The notes: generated by a model not told the origin, from the sequence alone. 64,000 nucleotides of DNA from an uncultured Methanoregulaceae archaeon (GCA_963737635.1 CAVTTL010000001.1:2336001-2400000), one strand, 5' to 3'; counted from the first letter of the stretch, positions 41,918 through 50,648 are shown. Made by a program: numbers and translations.

Positions 41918-42063
41918 AATTTGCGGCAGGGATGCAGACATACTATAACTATATCAGACCACATCTAGGAATCAATGGAATGACTCCTGCTCAGATGACA
42001 AACGTCCCATTAGATTTAACCGGTAATCGCTGGATGACGATGATTGAATTGGCGGCAAAATAA
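41911..42063 (+). pseudogene. IS6-like transposase 3' remnant
   Basis: AAEFAAGMQTYYNYIRPHLGINGMTPAQMTNVPLDLTGNRWMTMIELAAK*; near-identical in DNA to 13030-13160. Confidence 0.88.
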
Positions 42064-42315
42064 TCTCAAGAACTCTTCCGAACTATTTTCGCAACGAGTT
42101 CTTCCCCTTCGGAAGACTCTAGGAATAACTTTCAGCTCTTCCCTTAAGTCAAACGTTCTGTCTCTCTTTTCAAGATAGAACCGGATTGCAGTGGTAATAA
42201 ACTCGGATCTCGACGAATAACTGCCTTTTGAAGTCTCTTCATTGAGTTTATTGAGGAGATCAGAAGGGCAGTTATAAGAGATCTGTTCCATCGTCTTTCC
42301 GAATTTTTTTGGCAT
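42060..42315 (-). CDS. RHH/CopG-like regulator (3' end probably shifted or truncated)
   Basis: EQISYNCPSDLLNKLNEETSKGSYSSRSEFITTAIRFYLE. Confidence 0.7.
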
Positions 42316-42486
42316 TATCACAAAAATGAAGATAAGATTTTATTTAACTAATTGATTAAGATAAGATTAAGATCAATTTTAAATGAGATTGAGACAATAT
42401 ACACAAACGTGGGTTCCGTTAGTATGTTTAAACATTTTTTCAATCGATCTGGAAAAACGATGGCATGTTCCTATACCTGGAGACAT

Positions 42487-42636
42487 ATGACATTCCAAGA
42501 TCTCCTATGCAGGCTTGGACTCCATGATTGGCAGCTTGCCATTTATTCAGGGATGAACCGGCCAAGGATTTGGAGATGCAGGAATCCGAAATGCAAAGAA
42601 ATTACGACGAGGGAACCGCTAATCTACAAAGATTGA
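42487..42636 (+). CDS. Small zinc-binding protein, DUF1660-like (provirus-associated)
   Basis: LLCRLGLHDW...WRCRNPKC; ggag SD upstream. Confidence 0.6.
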   Translation: MTFQDLLCRLGLHDWQLAIYSGMNRPRIWRCRNPKCKEITTREPLIYKD

Positions 42637-42657
42637 CATTAACAATGCGGGTTAGAA

Positions 42658-43393
42658 ATGAATCACGAAGTCTCTATTTTATTACCGACATATAATCGAA
42701 CCGAACTTTTACCGGGATGCCTACAATCGGTTATAAACCAGACGTTCACGGATTGGGAGCTGAATTATTCTGGACGATTGTTCAACTAGTATGACGCAAA
42801 GGCTTGAGGTGATAGATGATAGAATTTCCTTTCACAAAAATAAAAAGAATATGGGAACACCTCAAAACCGGAATATTGGTATCTCATTAGCAAAAGGGAA
42901 ATGGATTCTCTTCATCGAAGATGATATTATCCTTGACCCAAACTGCCTGAAACAACTTATGACGAATAAAGTTTTGGGAAAGAATATGCCGCGCCTGATA
43001 ACAAATAGTAAAGATGATCCCCATAAACCATTCTCGTTCAACAAATGGACAGGGGAAATGTTCAATGCCCATGCCTGTTGCTTATACCCAAAGAAAGCAT
43101 TGATCGAAGTATGTGGATATTCGGATGCATTCATTGGGAACTATTATCGTGAGGAAACTGATTTGGATTGCAGGATTAAAAAAGCCGGGTACACTTTCAA
43201 GTATGTTCCTTCAGCGATTATGCATCATAATCCCGTGGAGCGAGGATCCTGGAAAGAGATCTCACGGATTCGGCAGACATATTATATTCATCGGAACCAT
43301 CTGATGTTTCTGTACCGAAACTTCGGAATCAAGATTGCATATATGATTCCCTGTTACGTAATCAGCGTAGTAACTACTACTGATACGCTTTAA
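42658..43393 (+). CDS. Family 2 glycosyltransferase (frameshift near 42762)
   Basis: VSILLPTYNR...QTFTDWEL/IILDDCS; RNIG, FIEDD, EETDL. Confidence 0.85.
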
Positions 43394-43471
43394 GCGTTAT
43401 ACTAATATTGTATGCGCTCGCTCAATAGTTTTTTCGGTTCTGGTGCGTTGTCGGGACTTTTAGAACATCTA

Positions 43472-43668
43472 AGATTGGTTTTGCCTGACGCTACTTCCGC
43501 CCGGATGAAAACGGGCACATGCGTACGCTCCGCCCCTCTTCACAAGGAGGCAAGAGGGGATGGTTGTTCGTCGGTCGCCCCTCCTAGGACCCATCGGCGA
43601 AATGCACCTGCCCGGTATGCCTCTGGATGTTAAAGCTGGATGAGATCGAATCAGGCAAGTCGCAATCT
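43472..43668 (+). ncRNA. Candidate multi-branched ncRNA with kissing-loop pseudoknot
   Basis: Helices agattg/caatct, ttgcctga/tcaggcaa, gcccg/cgggc, tgcgt/atgca, cgcc/ggcg, cctctt/aagagg, gatgg/ccatc; loop aggagg is complementary to loop cctcct. Confidence 0.6.
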
Positions 43669-43704
43669 CCGAGAAAAAATAAGGTTAAGACCTTTAGACT
43701 CATC

Positions 43705-43737
43705 TGATATCCGGTCAACCGGGTATCAACTTTTTTT
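43705..43737 (+). terminator. Hairpin plus T7 tract
   Basis: tgatatccgg-tcaa-ccgggtatca followed by ttttttt. Confidence 0.6.
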
Positions 43738-43859
43738 GCCGTCAAAAGAAAGTAAATTTGGCCAGTTATGGCGAGCCTAATACGAAATGTAATAATAAAC
43801 CTCTATTTTATCGAAAGTTTAAAAATTTAAATAGGAAGTATTATCTTTTAAAAATATAA

Positions 43860-44267
43860 GTGGAAGATATGCGGAAAAAAATCCGTATGCCAAAGAAAGT
43901 CCATAATCAGAAAAAAATTACGAAGAGTGAAATCCGGCTCGTTCTGATTGTGGTATTTGTTGCAGTTGTTCTTTTCATGGGATGTGTTGAACTGTTAACA
44001 AACACTGCAACAACTCAATCTCCACCATTTCAAAATACGTATCCAACTGCTGTAGTTACGATAACTCCCATCACTACACCTTCAGTCACAGAAACAATTA
44101 CTCCCGGAGTAACTCCTTCGAATACTGTAACAATTGCCGCACCATATCCGACTGAAACAACGGATACATCTGGCTGTCCCCCAGGTGAATATCGTGTTAG
44201 TGGCTATTACAGGAAAAGTGGGACGTATGTCAATAGTTATTGTAGACACTATCCAAATGAGGGATAA
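43860..44267 (+). CDS. Membrane-anchored/lipoprotein with Thr-rich stalk and C-terminal VxGYYRKSGTYV motif
   Basis: TM ending FMGC, T/P linker, CPPGEYRVSGYYRKSGTYVNSYCR. Confidence 0.75.
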   Translation: MEDMRKKIRMPKKVHNQKKITKSEIRLVLIVVFVAVVLFMGCVELLTNTATTQSPPFQNTYPTAVVTITPITTPSVTETITPGVTPSNTVTIAAPYPTETTDTSGCPPGEYRVSGYYRKSGTYVNSYCRHYPNEG

Positions 44268-44440
44268 CATCGCTGGTGCTGATAACTTCGCGGGGACTTG
44301 GGATAATTCCAGAAGAACAATACGTCGAGAAACTTCCATTTTTTCATAAAGTCCCGTCAACCTATCAGAATCGACGAAAAGTTAAGAGAGGGAGGCAGCG
44401 CATTCTGCATTGATGTCCGATGCGCTTATATTTTTACATT

Positions 44441-44932
44441 TTATGATGTTGTGACCACAATATTAATCGGGCCATCGAAATTTTGGTCGGGTGCTTTGAG
44501 TTTTAATGTAAACATCATGCTCGAACCCGGGGAGAATGAATATGGTAATTGTGGAGTTACAGACTCAACTGTGAATCCATCTGTTGCAATTGAGATGCTA
44601 TTAATAGAGTGAGTCAGAAGTAACGCACTACTTTTGAAGGTTAGAGTATAGGTAAATTCCCCACCTCCATGAACTTCGAAATTGCCATTGGAAATCGACT
44701 GTGATGTCGGTCCCAAATAGCCGCTTGTAGCACCGGTGTAAACAACATTCATATTTGCTCCAGCAACGTCAACGTTAGTACATCCAGACAAGAATACTGC
44801 CAAAATAAGGATTCCAAAGATTGTAACTTTATACTTTTTTTTCAAGAATTCGTCCCATAACAAACAATGAAAATTTTGGTTATATAAAAATACCGATTTG
44901 AAGATGTTCAATTGAATGGATGGTCGGAGCAC
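44441..44932 (-). CDS. Lipoprotein with Ig-like fold (start uncertain)
   Basis: LSGC lipobox; beta-rich mature part. Confidence 0.7.
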   Translation of the reverse strand: MLRPSIQLNIFKSVFLYNQNFHCLLWDEFLKKKYKVTIFGILILAVFLSGCTNVDVAGANMNVVYTGATSGYLGPTSQSISNGNFEVHGGGEFTYTLTFKSSALLLTHSINSISIATDGFTVESVTPQLPYSFSPGSSMMFTLKLKAPDQNFDGPINIVVTTS

Positions 44933-44995
44933 TCCCCTTGACGTTCGAGGCGCTTACCTGTTCTTAAATGATACGCGTGCAGGCCGGAAACTGAT

Positions 44996-46408
44996 TTACA
45001 TCATCTCATACGGCGGTGCCTGACCCCGATAATCTGTCACAAATATCCCCAATCCGATTAAAATTAAAATCACGCTTAAAACGAGGTTATAATTCACCAT
45101 TAAACTCAATACCCCGATACCTAGGCACCCTCCACCGACGATAAGTCGCTGATGCATCGATCGTGTAAGTTGTTTGAGTTGTAACCCGCTTTTTTCCGCA
45201 CATTGTTTGCAGACTTTGTGAAGGAGTCCCCCATCAAAGGTGCAATCCCGGCAAATGGTCTTGCCACAGAGTTTACAGGTGAAACCATGGGCGTCAAGCA
45301 GGCGATGACCATGCACGAGTGCTCCGCAGGAATTGCATATAATCCCCCCATCATGAATATACGAATTACAAATCTTGCAATTCAACATTGCAGTGTAGCT
45401 GAGCATCTGCTTGGCATTTTCTATCCCTGTTACAGAATAATTCTGCTTTAGAATTCCGAGATGGATATCCTGTACCGGAAGATAGACCTGTTTGATGTTT
45501 GAGATGAACACATCCTTCTCAGCAGGGACACAGAGTTTGGTATAATTCTGGTTGTTTCTCCCGGAGTAAGAGATTGATCTTGTGTGGCGATCAATGATGA
45601 TTTTTTTTGCGATTCCGGCCAAGGATCGATCATCGATAACAAAATCCGTACGGGAAAACGGGATGCCGGAGAAATCTGTCTCACTGTATATCGTCAGAGG
45701 TGCCGAACTCAGGTGAGTGGCTAATTCCTGTTTCATCAGGTCTCCGGAATTTCCGTCAATCAGAAATTTTCCATCCTGCAGATATTCCCGATGGATTAAT
45801 CCTGCACTTGTCTCAAAGGTAGCGTCGAGATCATATTGGATCATATATGATGGATGAAATTCTATCCGGCGTGTAGTGACATTTAGAATGTCCGCCATTC
45901 GAGTTGGACTACTTTTGGCTTTCTTACCAATGAATATGGCAATTTTATCTTTCAATGTTGCAGCTTCAGAAAGGGGATACCGTAAAACAGTCTGACGTTT
46001 ACCTCCCAGAATGATCTCAATGCCAGCACGGGTTGCGAGATCTCCGAGGATTTTCTGGTCAACCATTTCGATCTTCGGCATAAGGGAATTTGCATGATCT
46101 ACCGCTTGGAGAGAAAATTTGCCTGTCGTAACGAGAATCCCCTTGACCGCTTTCGAGGAAATTACCGCTGAGTGTAATTTTTGGACAACAGGACGACCAA
46201 CACTCGTGTGGGGCTGGTGCTTACACTCTACAACTACCAATCCTTCACGAGTGTGGATGAGAAGATCGCGCCCTCCATCTCCCGAAAGGGGCATGACTTC
46301 GACAGTTCCATAACCAAGTTTCTGGAAAATTTTTGCACAGAGTTTCTCGAATTCATATCCGTCAAGCGTCTCCAGAACAATAGTTTCCTGAAATGCTGGT
46401 GCAGTCAT
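44996..46408 (-). CDS. Mrr-like restriction endonuclease domain fused to multi-CxxC zinc fingers and C-terminal TMs
   Basis: LDGYEFEKLC...GDGGRDLL...VECKH...VGRPVVQKL...VTTGKFS; five CxxC motifs; two TMs. Confidence 0.85.
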   Translation of the reverse strand: MTAPAFQETIVLETLDGYEFEKLCAKIFQKLGYGTVEVMPLSGDGGRDLLIHTREGLVVVECKHQPHTSVGRPVVQKLHSAVISSKAVKGILVTTGKFSLQAVDHANSLMPKIEMVDQKILGDLATRAGIEIILGGKRQTVLRYPLSEAATLKDKIAIFIGKKAKSSPTRMADILNVTTRRIEFHPSYMIQYDLDATFETSAGLIHREYLQDGKFLIDGNSGDLMKQELATHLSSAPLTIYSETDFSGIPFSRTDFVIDDRSLAGIAKKIIIDRHTRSISYSGRNNQNYTKLCVPAEKDVFISNIKQVYLPVQDIHLGILKQNYSVTGIENAKQMLSYTAMLNCKICNSYIHDGGIICNSCGALVHGHRLLDAHGFTCKLCGKTICRDCTFDGGLLHKVCKQCAEKSGLQLKQLTRSMHQRLIVGGGCLGIGVLSLMVNYNLVLSVILILIGLGIFVTDYRGQAPPYEMM

Positions 46409-46496
46409 TCTATCTTGACCTGAATCCGGAAGTCAAAAAACAAAGGTAGGTGATCTCGATCAAGGTCTAATGAAAAGAATCGCAGCGATTGATTGA

Positions 46497-46610
46497 TCAA
46501 TCGTTGTGATATCTGCCCATTATTTGGCCCTTTCGTCCGTTCTTCGTCGTTTTCTGTCGAATTCTTGATGCTGTGTGAGTTTTAGGATTGACAATCTTCT
46601 TTGTTGCCAT
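46497..46610 (-). CDS. 37-aa basic microprotein
   Basis: GGGAGGT SD before the ATG; MATKKIVNPKTHTASRIRQKTTKNGRKGQIMGRYHND. Confidence 0.55.
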   Translation of the reverse strand: MATKKIVNPKTHTASRIRQKTTKNGRKGQIMGRYHND

Positions 46611-46793
46611 TTCTGAAACCTCCCAATGAAGTGAAATTATATGTACGATATGATAATTTTTTCGGTAAATATAAAACTCACTATAACAATAATTTCTCAA
46701 CTTGGGAAATGGAAGAAAAAGAGAGAATTTCGCAGTGCTCTTTAATCATTGTTTGAAAAAGTGTAATTCTAAGAGTTGAGTTTGTGATTCGTT

Positions 46794-48731
46794 ATGACTA
46801 TAATATCCTCGTGCTATCTTATAGACAGCAGCGGAAACCGGGTTATATTGGGGAAAAAAATCGGCGCTGGCGGTGAGGGTAATGTATTTGAAATCGAATC
46901 AAAATCGAATATTGTTGCAAAAATCTATCTTAAATCTCTCGATGATGAAAAACAGGAAAAATTAAAATTAATGGTTACGGGATGTAATGAAGAATTAAAA
47001 GCAATTGCTGCCTGGCCCACCGACCTAGTCTTTTCAGCACAGAGTGGAGAGATTTGTGGCTTTACCATGCAGAAAATAGCCGAATTTTGGCCAATTCATA
47101 CGCTCTATGGGCCATCACACCGCAAACAGGTTTTTCCTGAAGCTAATTGGTATTTTTTGGTAAGGAATGCAAAAAATTGCGCTGCTGCGTTCGCTGTAAT
47201 TCACAAAAACGGATTTGTTATTGGGGATGTTAATGAAGGAAATATATTAGTGAATAAACAAGCTTGTGTTCGACTCATAGATTGTGATTCATTTCAAGTA
47301 AATAATTCTAATAACAAAAAATATCTTTGTGAAGTGGGCGTTGGCCAATTCACTCCACCAGAACTTCAGAATATAAAAAACTTTAAAATCGAACGAAATC
47401 CTAATCATGATAACTTTGGCTTAGCCGTTCTTATTTTTCTATTGTTGTTCATGGGTAGGCATCCTTATTCTGGTGTTTTTCACGGTAGGGACGATGTCTC
47501 GATGGAGAGAGCAATTTTAGAATATAGATTTGCCTTCAGCAAAAGAGCGAAGTTAAAAAATATTTCACCTCCCCCCAATTCAGTTAATCTTTCAATAGTG
47601 CCTGGTACGATTGGGACGGCTTTCGAACAGGCGTTCACAGAAGAAGGAATTCGATATCCTTTTAGACCAACGGCGGAAAGTTGGTGGAATTTACTTAATG
47701 ACCTCGAACATAAATTAAAACAATGTCCTTTAGAACAAATGCACCTCTTTTATTCGGGGTTGTCAGCTTGTCCGTGGTGTACACTAGAAGAAAAATCTGG
47801 AATTTTGCTATTTCTGGATCGGGAGACTTCTCCAAAATTTGATCTCAATATCTTTTGGCAAAAACTTATTGCAATTAAACGGCCGGGACCTCTGCCCAAC
47901 ATCGATCCGCAAAATTATAATCTTCAACCTGAACCCATTCCTTACCATTTACAAATTGCTGTTAGAAATAGGAAAATTCGAAAAATCATCGCGATACTAA
48001 TAATAGTAATAGGTATTTTTTTCGGCATTGGACTTTTTATTTTGACTCTTCTTTTGGGAATCATCCTTGCTTACTACCCGGGACAAGAACAAAATGAGAA
48101 AAAAAGAAGAGTGACGGTATTTGAAAAATGCAGGAGAAATTGGATCATAATAAACGATAAATGGAAATCTGAGGCGAACGATGAGGCATTTAAATCTCAG
48201 TTGCAGCGGCTGATATCTTTAAAAATCAAATACGAATTCATTGAGAAAGAGTACAAACAAGAATTATTATCCTTGCAAAATGCAGCAAAAGAGAGACAAC
48301 TAAAAAAATATCTTGATTCGTTTTTTATCGATAGTTGTTCAATCTCCAAAATTGGGCCAACTAGAAAAGCATCATTGAGGTCATTTGGAATTGAAACTGC
48401 AGGAGATATCTCTTACGGAAGAATTCGGAGGATACCGGGATTCGGGGATGTGTTAACAAGTGATCTTGTTGGATGGCGCAATCAAATCGAAAATAACTTC
48501 AAATTCGATTCATCAAAGGGAGTGGATAAAACAGATGTTCAATTTATAAATCAAAAATTTAAACCTAAACTCAAACCGATCGAACGCGAATTACGGAGTG
48601 GATTTGAGAAATTAGAGCAAATTCAACACAGCATTATTAAAAAACGAGAGGATTTATATTCGATTGTCGAGAGAAATGCAAAGGAATTGGCACAGGCTCA
48701 AGCAAATCTCATCCCCTTGAAATTATTTTAA
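46794..48731 (+). CDS. YegI-like Ser/Thr kinase-TM-HhH protein (TerY-P kinase homolog)
   Basis: IGAGGEGNVF, VAKIY, IGDVNEGNILV, IDCDSFQ, FTPPELQ, GRHPY, CPWC, TMs, IGPTRKASLRSFGIETAGDI and IPGFG HhH motifs. Confidence 0.88.
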   Translation: MTIISSCYLIDSSGNRVILGKKIGAGGEGNVFEIESKSNIVAKIYLKSLDDEKQEKLKLMVTGCNEELKAIAAWPTDLVFSAQSGEICGFTMQKIAEFWPIHTLYGPSHRKQVFPEANWYFLVRNAKNCAAAFAVIHKNGFVIGDVNEGNILVNKQACVRLIDCDSFQVNNSNNKKYLCEVGVGQFTPPELQNIKNFKIERNPNHDNFGLAVLIFLLLFMGRHPYSGVFHGRDDVSMERAILEYRFAFSKRAKLKNISPPPNSVNLSIVPGTIGTAFEQAFTEEGIRYPFRPTAESWWNLLNDLEHKLKQCPLEQMHLFYSGLSACPWCTLEEKSGILLFLDRETSPKFDLNIFWQKLIAIKRPGPLPNIDPQNYNLQPEPIPYHLQIAVRNRKIRKIIAILIIVIGIFFGIGLFILTLLLGIILAYYPGQEQNEKKRRVTVFEKCRRNWIIINDKWKSEANDEAFKSQLQRLISLKIKYEFIEKEYKQELLSLQNAAKERQLKKYLDSFFIDSCSISKIGPTRKASLRSFGIETAGDISYGRIRRIPGFGDVLTSDLVGWRNQIENNFKFDSSKGVDKTDVQFINQKFKPKLKPIERELRSGFEKLEQIQHSIIKKREDLYSIVERNAKELAQAQANLIPLKLF

Positions 48732-48838
48732 GAGAATTCCCGCATATTTTCTCTCGTATTACCGGTTTACGCGGTTCAATAGCTTTTTCAGGATCAATCC
48801 GGCCATATTTTCACATGGCACTGAGGTATTTTATAAAG

Positions 48839-48954
48839 CTACGAGGATGAGAATTATGCATCCGCCACCAAGCCTTCCGGAGAAGTCGACTTGATGACGG
48901 GTCGGCGAACCGAGGGCAATCTTTCGCAATCCTGAGATGCCCTTCAGGTAGTAG
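48839..48954 (+). ncRNA. Candidate structured RNA element
   Basis: ctac/gtag, ggatg/catcc, acc/ggt, gtcgacttg/cgggtcggc (G-U pairs favour + strand), agggca/tgccct. Confidence 0.45.
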
Positions 48955-49057
48955 AGTTAGTATATACTTTCCCTCCTACAGACAATCCCTTAATGGTTGC
49001 GGTACAGGATCAGCCCGGTATGGGGCTTGAAATTTCAAACTCATCACAACCACAAAA

Positions 49058-49189
49058 ATGTCACGAAGCAACCCGCTCGGCCTACTGGCCGATTTAATCT
49101 CCGATGCGACTCGGCTTGTGATTGCAATTGCAATCTTTGCCGCAGTCGTTATCGCTGTTGGGATAGCACTTATCGCTATTCCACACTGA
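49058..49189 (+). CDS. 43-aa single-TM peptide
   Basis: Manual translation MSRSNPLGLLADLISDATRLVIAIAIFAAVVIAVGIALIAIPH; TATATA at 48961. Confidence 0.6.
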   Translation: MSRSNPLGLLADLISDATRLVIAIAIFAAVVIAVGIALIAIPH

Positions 49190-49291
49190 TGTACTAATAT
49201 TCGAGCACGCCTTTGGACGGGAAAATCGTCCAGAGGCGTAATCGGATATGGTTGTGACAGGGGTATGAAGGAAAAATTTGGTATGGGGATC

Positions 49292-49441
49292 ATGACGATG
49301 TATAAATGCGGGAATAAGCCCGGAAAAGGGCATTATATATCTGTAGAAACGGGGGAAATAATCCATCTCCCAAAAGATACAGATCCTTTACCGCCACGTC
49401 CGCTCGACAAAAAGAGTTGTGACTGGTGGAAAATCGATTAA
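49292..49441 (+). CDS. 49-aa YjzC-like/degenerate zinc-ribbon microprotein
   Basis: Manual translation MTMYKCGNKPGKGHYISVETGEIIHLPKDTDPLPPRPLDKKSCDWWKID; followed by a T tract. Confidence 0.65.
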   Translation: MTMYKCGNKPGKGHYISVETGEIIHLPKDTDPLPPRPLDKKSCDWWKID

Positions 49442-49471
49442 TCTCACCCTTTTTTTATTCACCAATTACCA

Positions 49472-49528
49472 CCCGACTTTTGACAGCATCCGCTCTTGGG
49501 GTTGACCCCCCGCAGACTTTACAGAACC
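49472..49528. repeat. Right terminal inverted repeat of an older element of the same family
   Basis: cccgacttttgacagcatc ... ccccccgcagactttacagaacc, a direct copy of 52701-52757 in both conserved blocks. Confidence 0.85.
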
Positions 49529-49686
49529 GGCTGACACAGGTTCTGTAAAGTCTGCGGGGGATAGCACATTCCCAAAGATGCTGTCAAAAGTCGGGGGGGT
49601 GATGTGAGATGGTACCAATCACTCATAGAAAAATTGCAAATTTTGGATGCTCCCTATCATTAATTGGGGCAATTATTAGTTTGCTC

Positions 49687-50610
49687 TCACTTTTTTTTGC
49701 GAACATTTCTGATTGCGCCGTTGTTCCGTTTGGTTTCTGGATTTGTCTCTTTGGGATCTGTCTCTGGATTGGTGGGGGGTTTCTTTTCATTATATTTTTC
49801 CGGCAATTCGACGAAAACGTATAAAATCCCCGTTAAAGCTGTGAATGCTAATAGTACAATAGATAATACTGCGGTCACTCGTGTATCTTTCTCCTGTTGA
49901 ATGATATCTGAACTAGAGACGTGTATCTTATAATCAGGGTATGTTACAAAATCCGAAGTTCCGTTATTAAAATAAACGGTAATATATGGATAGTAATCCC
50001 CTTGTGTGTACCATTTTATTGATTGTGTGAAAGGAAAATCCGAACCCACAGGAGTTTTATTGGGATCGAAACTCATTAGAGAGGGATCTCCAGGGAACAA
50101 ATTAATCCAAAACTGGCCTCCGGGCATCACTGTAGCAGATTCGGATTTATCATATTGATCAGCCGCCTCAAAACCACCTAGTACGGCATGAGGGAGAATG
50201 CCAGATTTTTCGGATTCGTTATATTGATTAAAATTTGATATTACTTGGTATCGCAAATCAACTCCGGAATAATTACGTGCTTTGCTTGGATCTATATGAC
50301 CCCCTGACCAAACATCAACACGCGATCCTTCAGAAAGAGTGCCGTAATGCTGTAAAATAATTAAAACTGAAAAATCAGGGGAGTTTTTGGATTTATTGGA
50401 ATTTATATCCCAAACTGGGAGAGGAGATGGATTCGATGTTGGGGGGTAGTATAAGATTATCGGGATTACTTGGGGTTCATTTTGAATTGGATTTATAAAG
50501 GGGATATTCGCATTATAAAAATTTGCACCAGCCACCAATATCAGGTACCCAATTAATAAAACAATTGCTGCTTGAAGAAATTTGACTTTTGTTATGCGCA
50601 AACTAACCAC
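49687..50610 (-). CDS. Membrane-anchored hypothetical cargo protein (N- and C-terminal TMs)
   Basis: 307-aa ORF with two hydrophobic helices enclosing an extracellular domain. Confidence 0.7.
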   Translation of the reverse strand: MVSLRITKVKFLQAAIVLLIGYLILVAGANFYNANIPFINPIQNEPQVIPIILYYPPTSNPSPLPVWDINSNKSKNSPDFSVLIILQHYGTLSEGSRVDVWSGGHIDPSKARNYSGVDLRYQVISNFNQYNESEKSGILPHAVLGGFEAADQYDKSESATVMPGGQFWINLFPGDPSLMSFDPNKTPVGSDFPFTQSIKWYTQGDYYPYITVYFNNGTSDFVTYPDYKIHVSSSDIIQQEKDTRVTAVLSIVLLAFTALTGILYVFVELPEKYNEKKPPTNPETDPKETNPETKRNNGAIRNVRKKK

Positions 50611-50648
50611 GTTACAGTATCTTCAAATTTCAACTATAAAAAATTATA

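Larger units (their letters stand above)
43436..44372. mobile_element. Non-autonomous IS6-type element carrying a structured RNA-like segment and one gene
   Basis: Left ggttctggtgcgttgtcgggacttttagaa vs reverse-complemented right gattctgataggttgacgggactttatgaa (23/30 identical by eye). Confidence 0.7.

Noticed and set aside
43412-43633. 73-aa ORF over the structured segment
   Set aside because: It spans the IS end, has no motif or SD, and the nested complementarity argues for a non-coding role.
43443-43670. Group II intron 5' end (GTGCG) followed by structure
   Set aside because: The GTGCG lies within the IS-type terminal repeat; no domain V or RT is recognisable.
48976-49366. Minus-strand ORFs 48976-49293 and 49094-49366
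   Set aside because: Better explained as shadows of the two plus-strand microproteins at 49058 and 49292.
49609-49824. Hydrophobic plus-strand ORF just inside the left TIR
   Set aside because: It overlaps the 3' end of the 307-aa minus-strand gene, whose K/N/E-rich tail would produce this hydrophobic antisense frame; I cannot tell whether it is real, so it is not listed as a feature.
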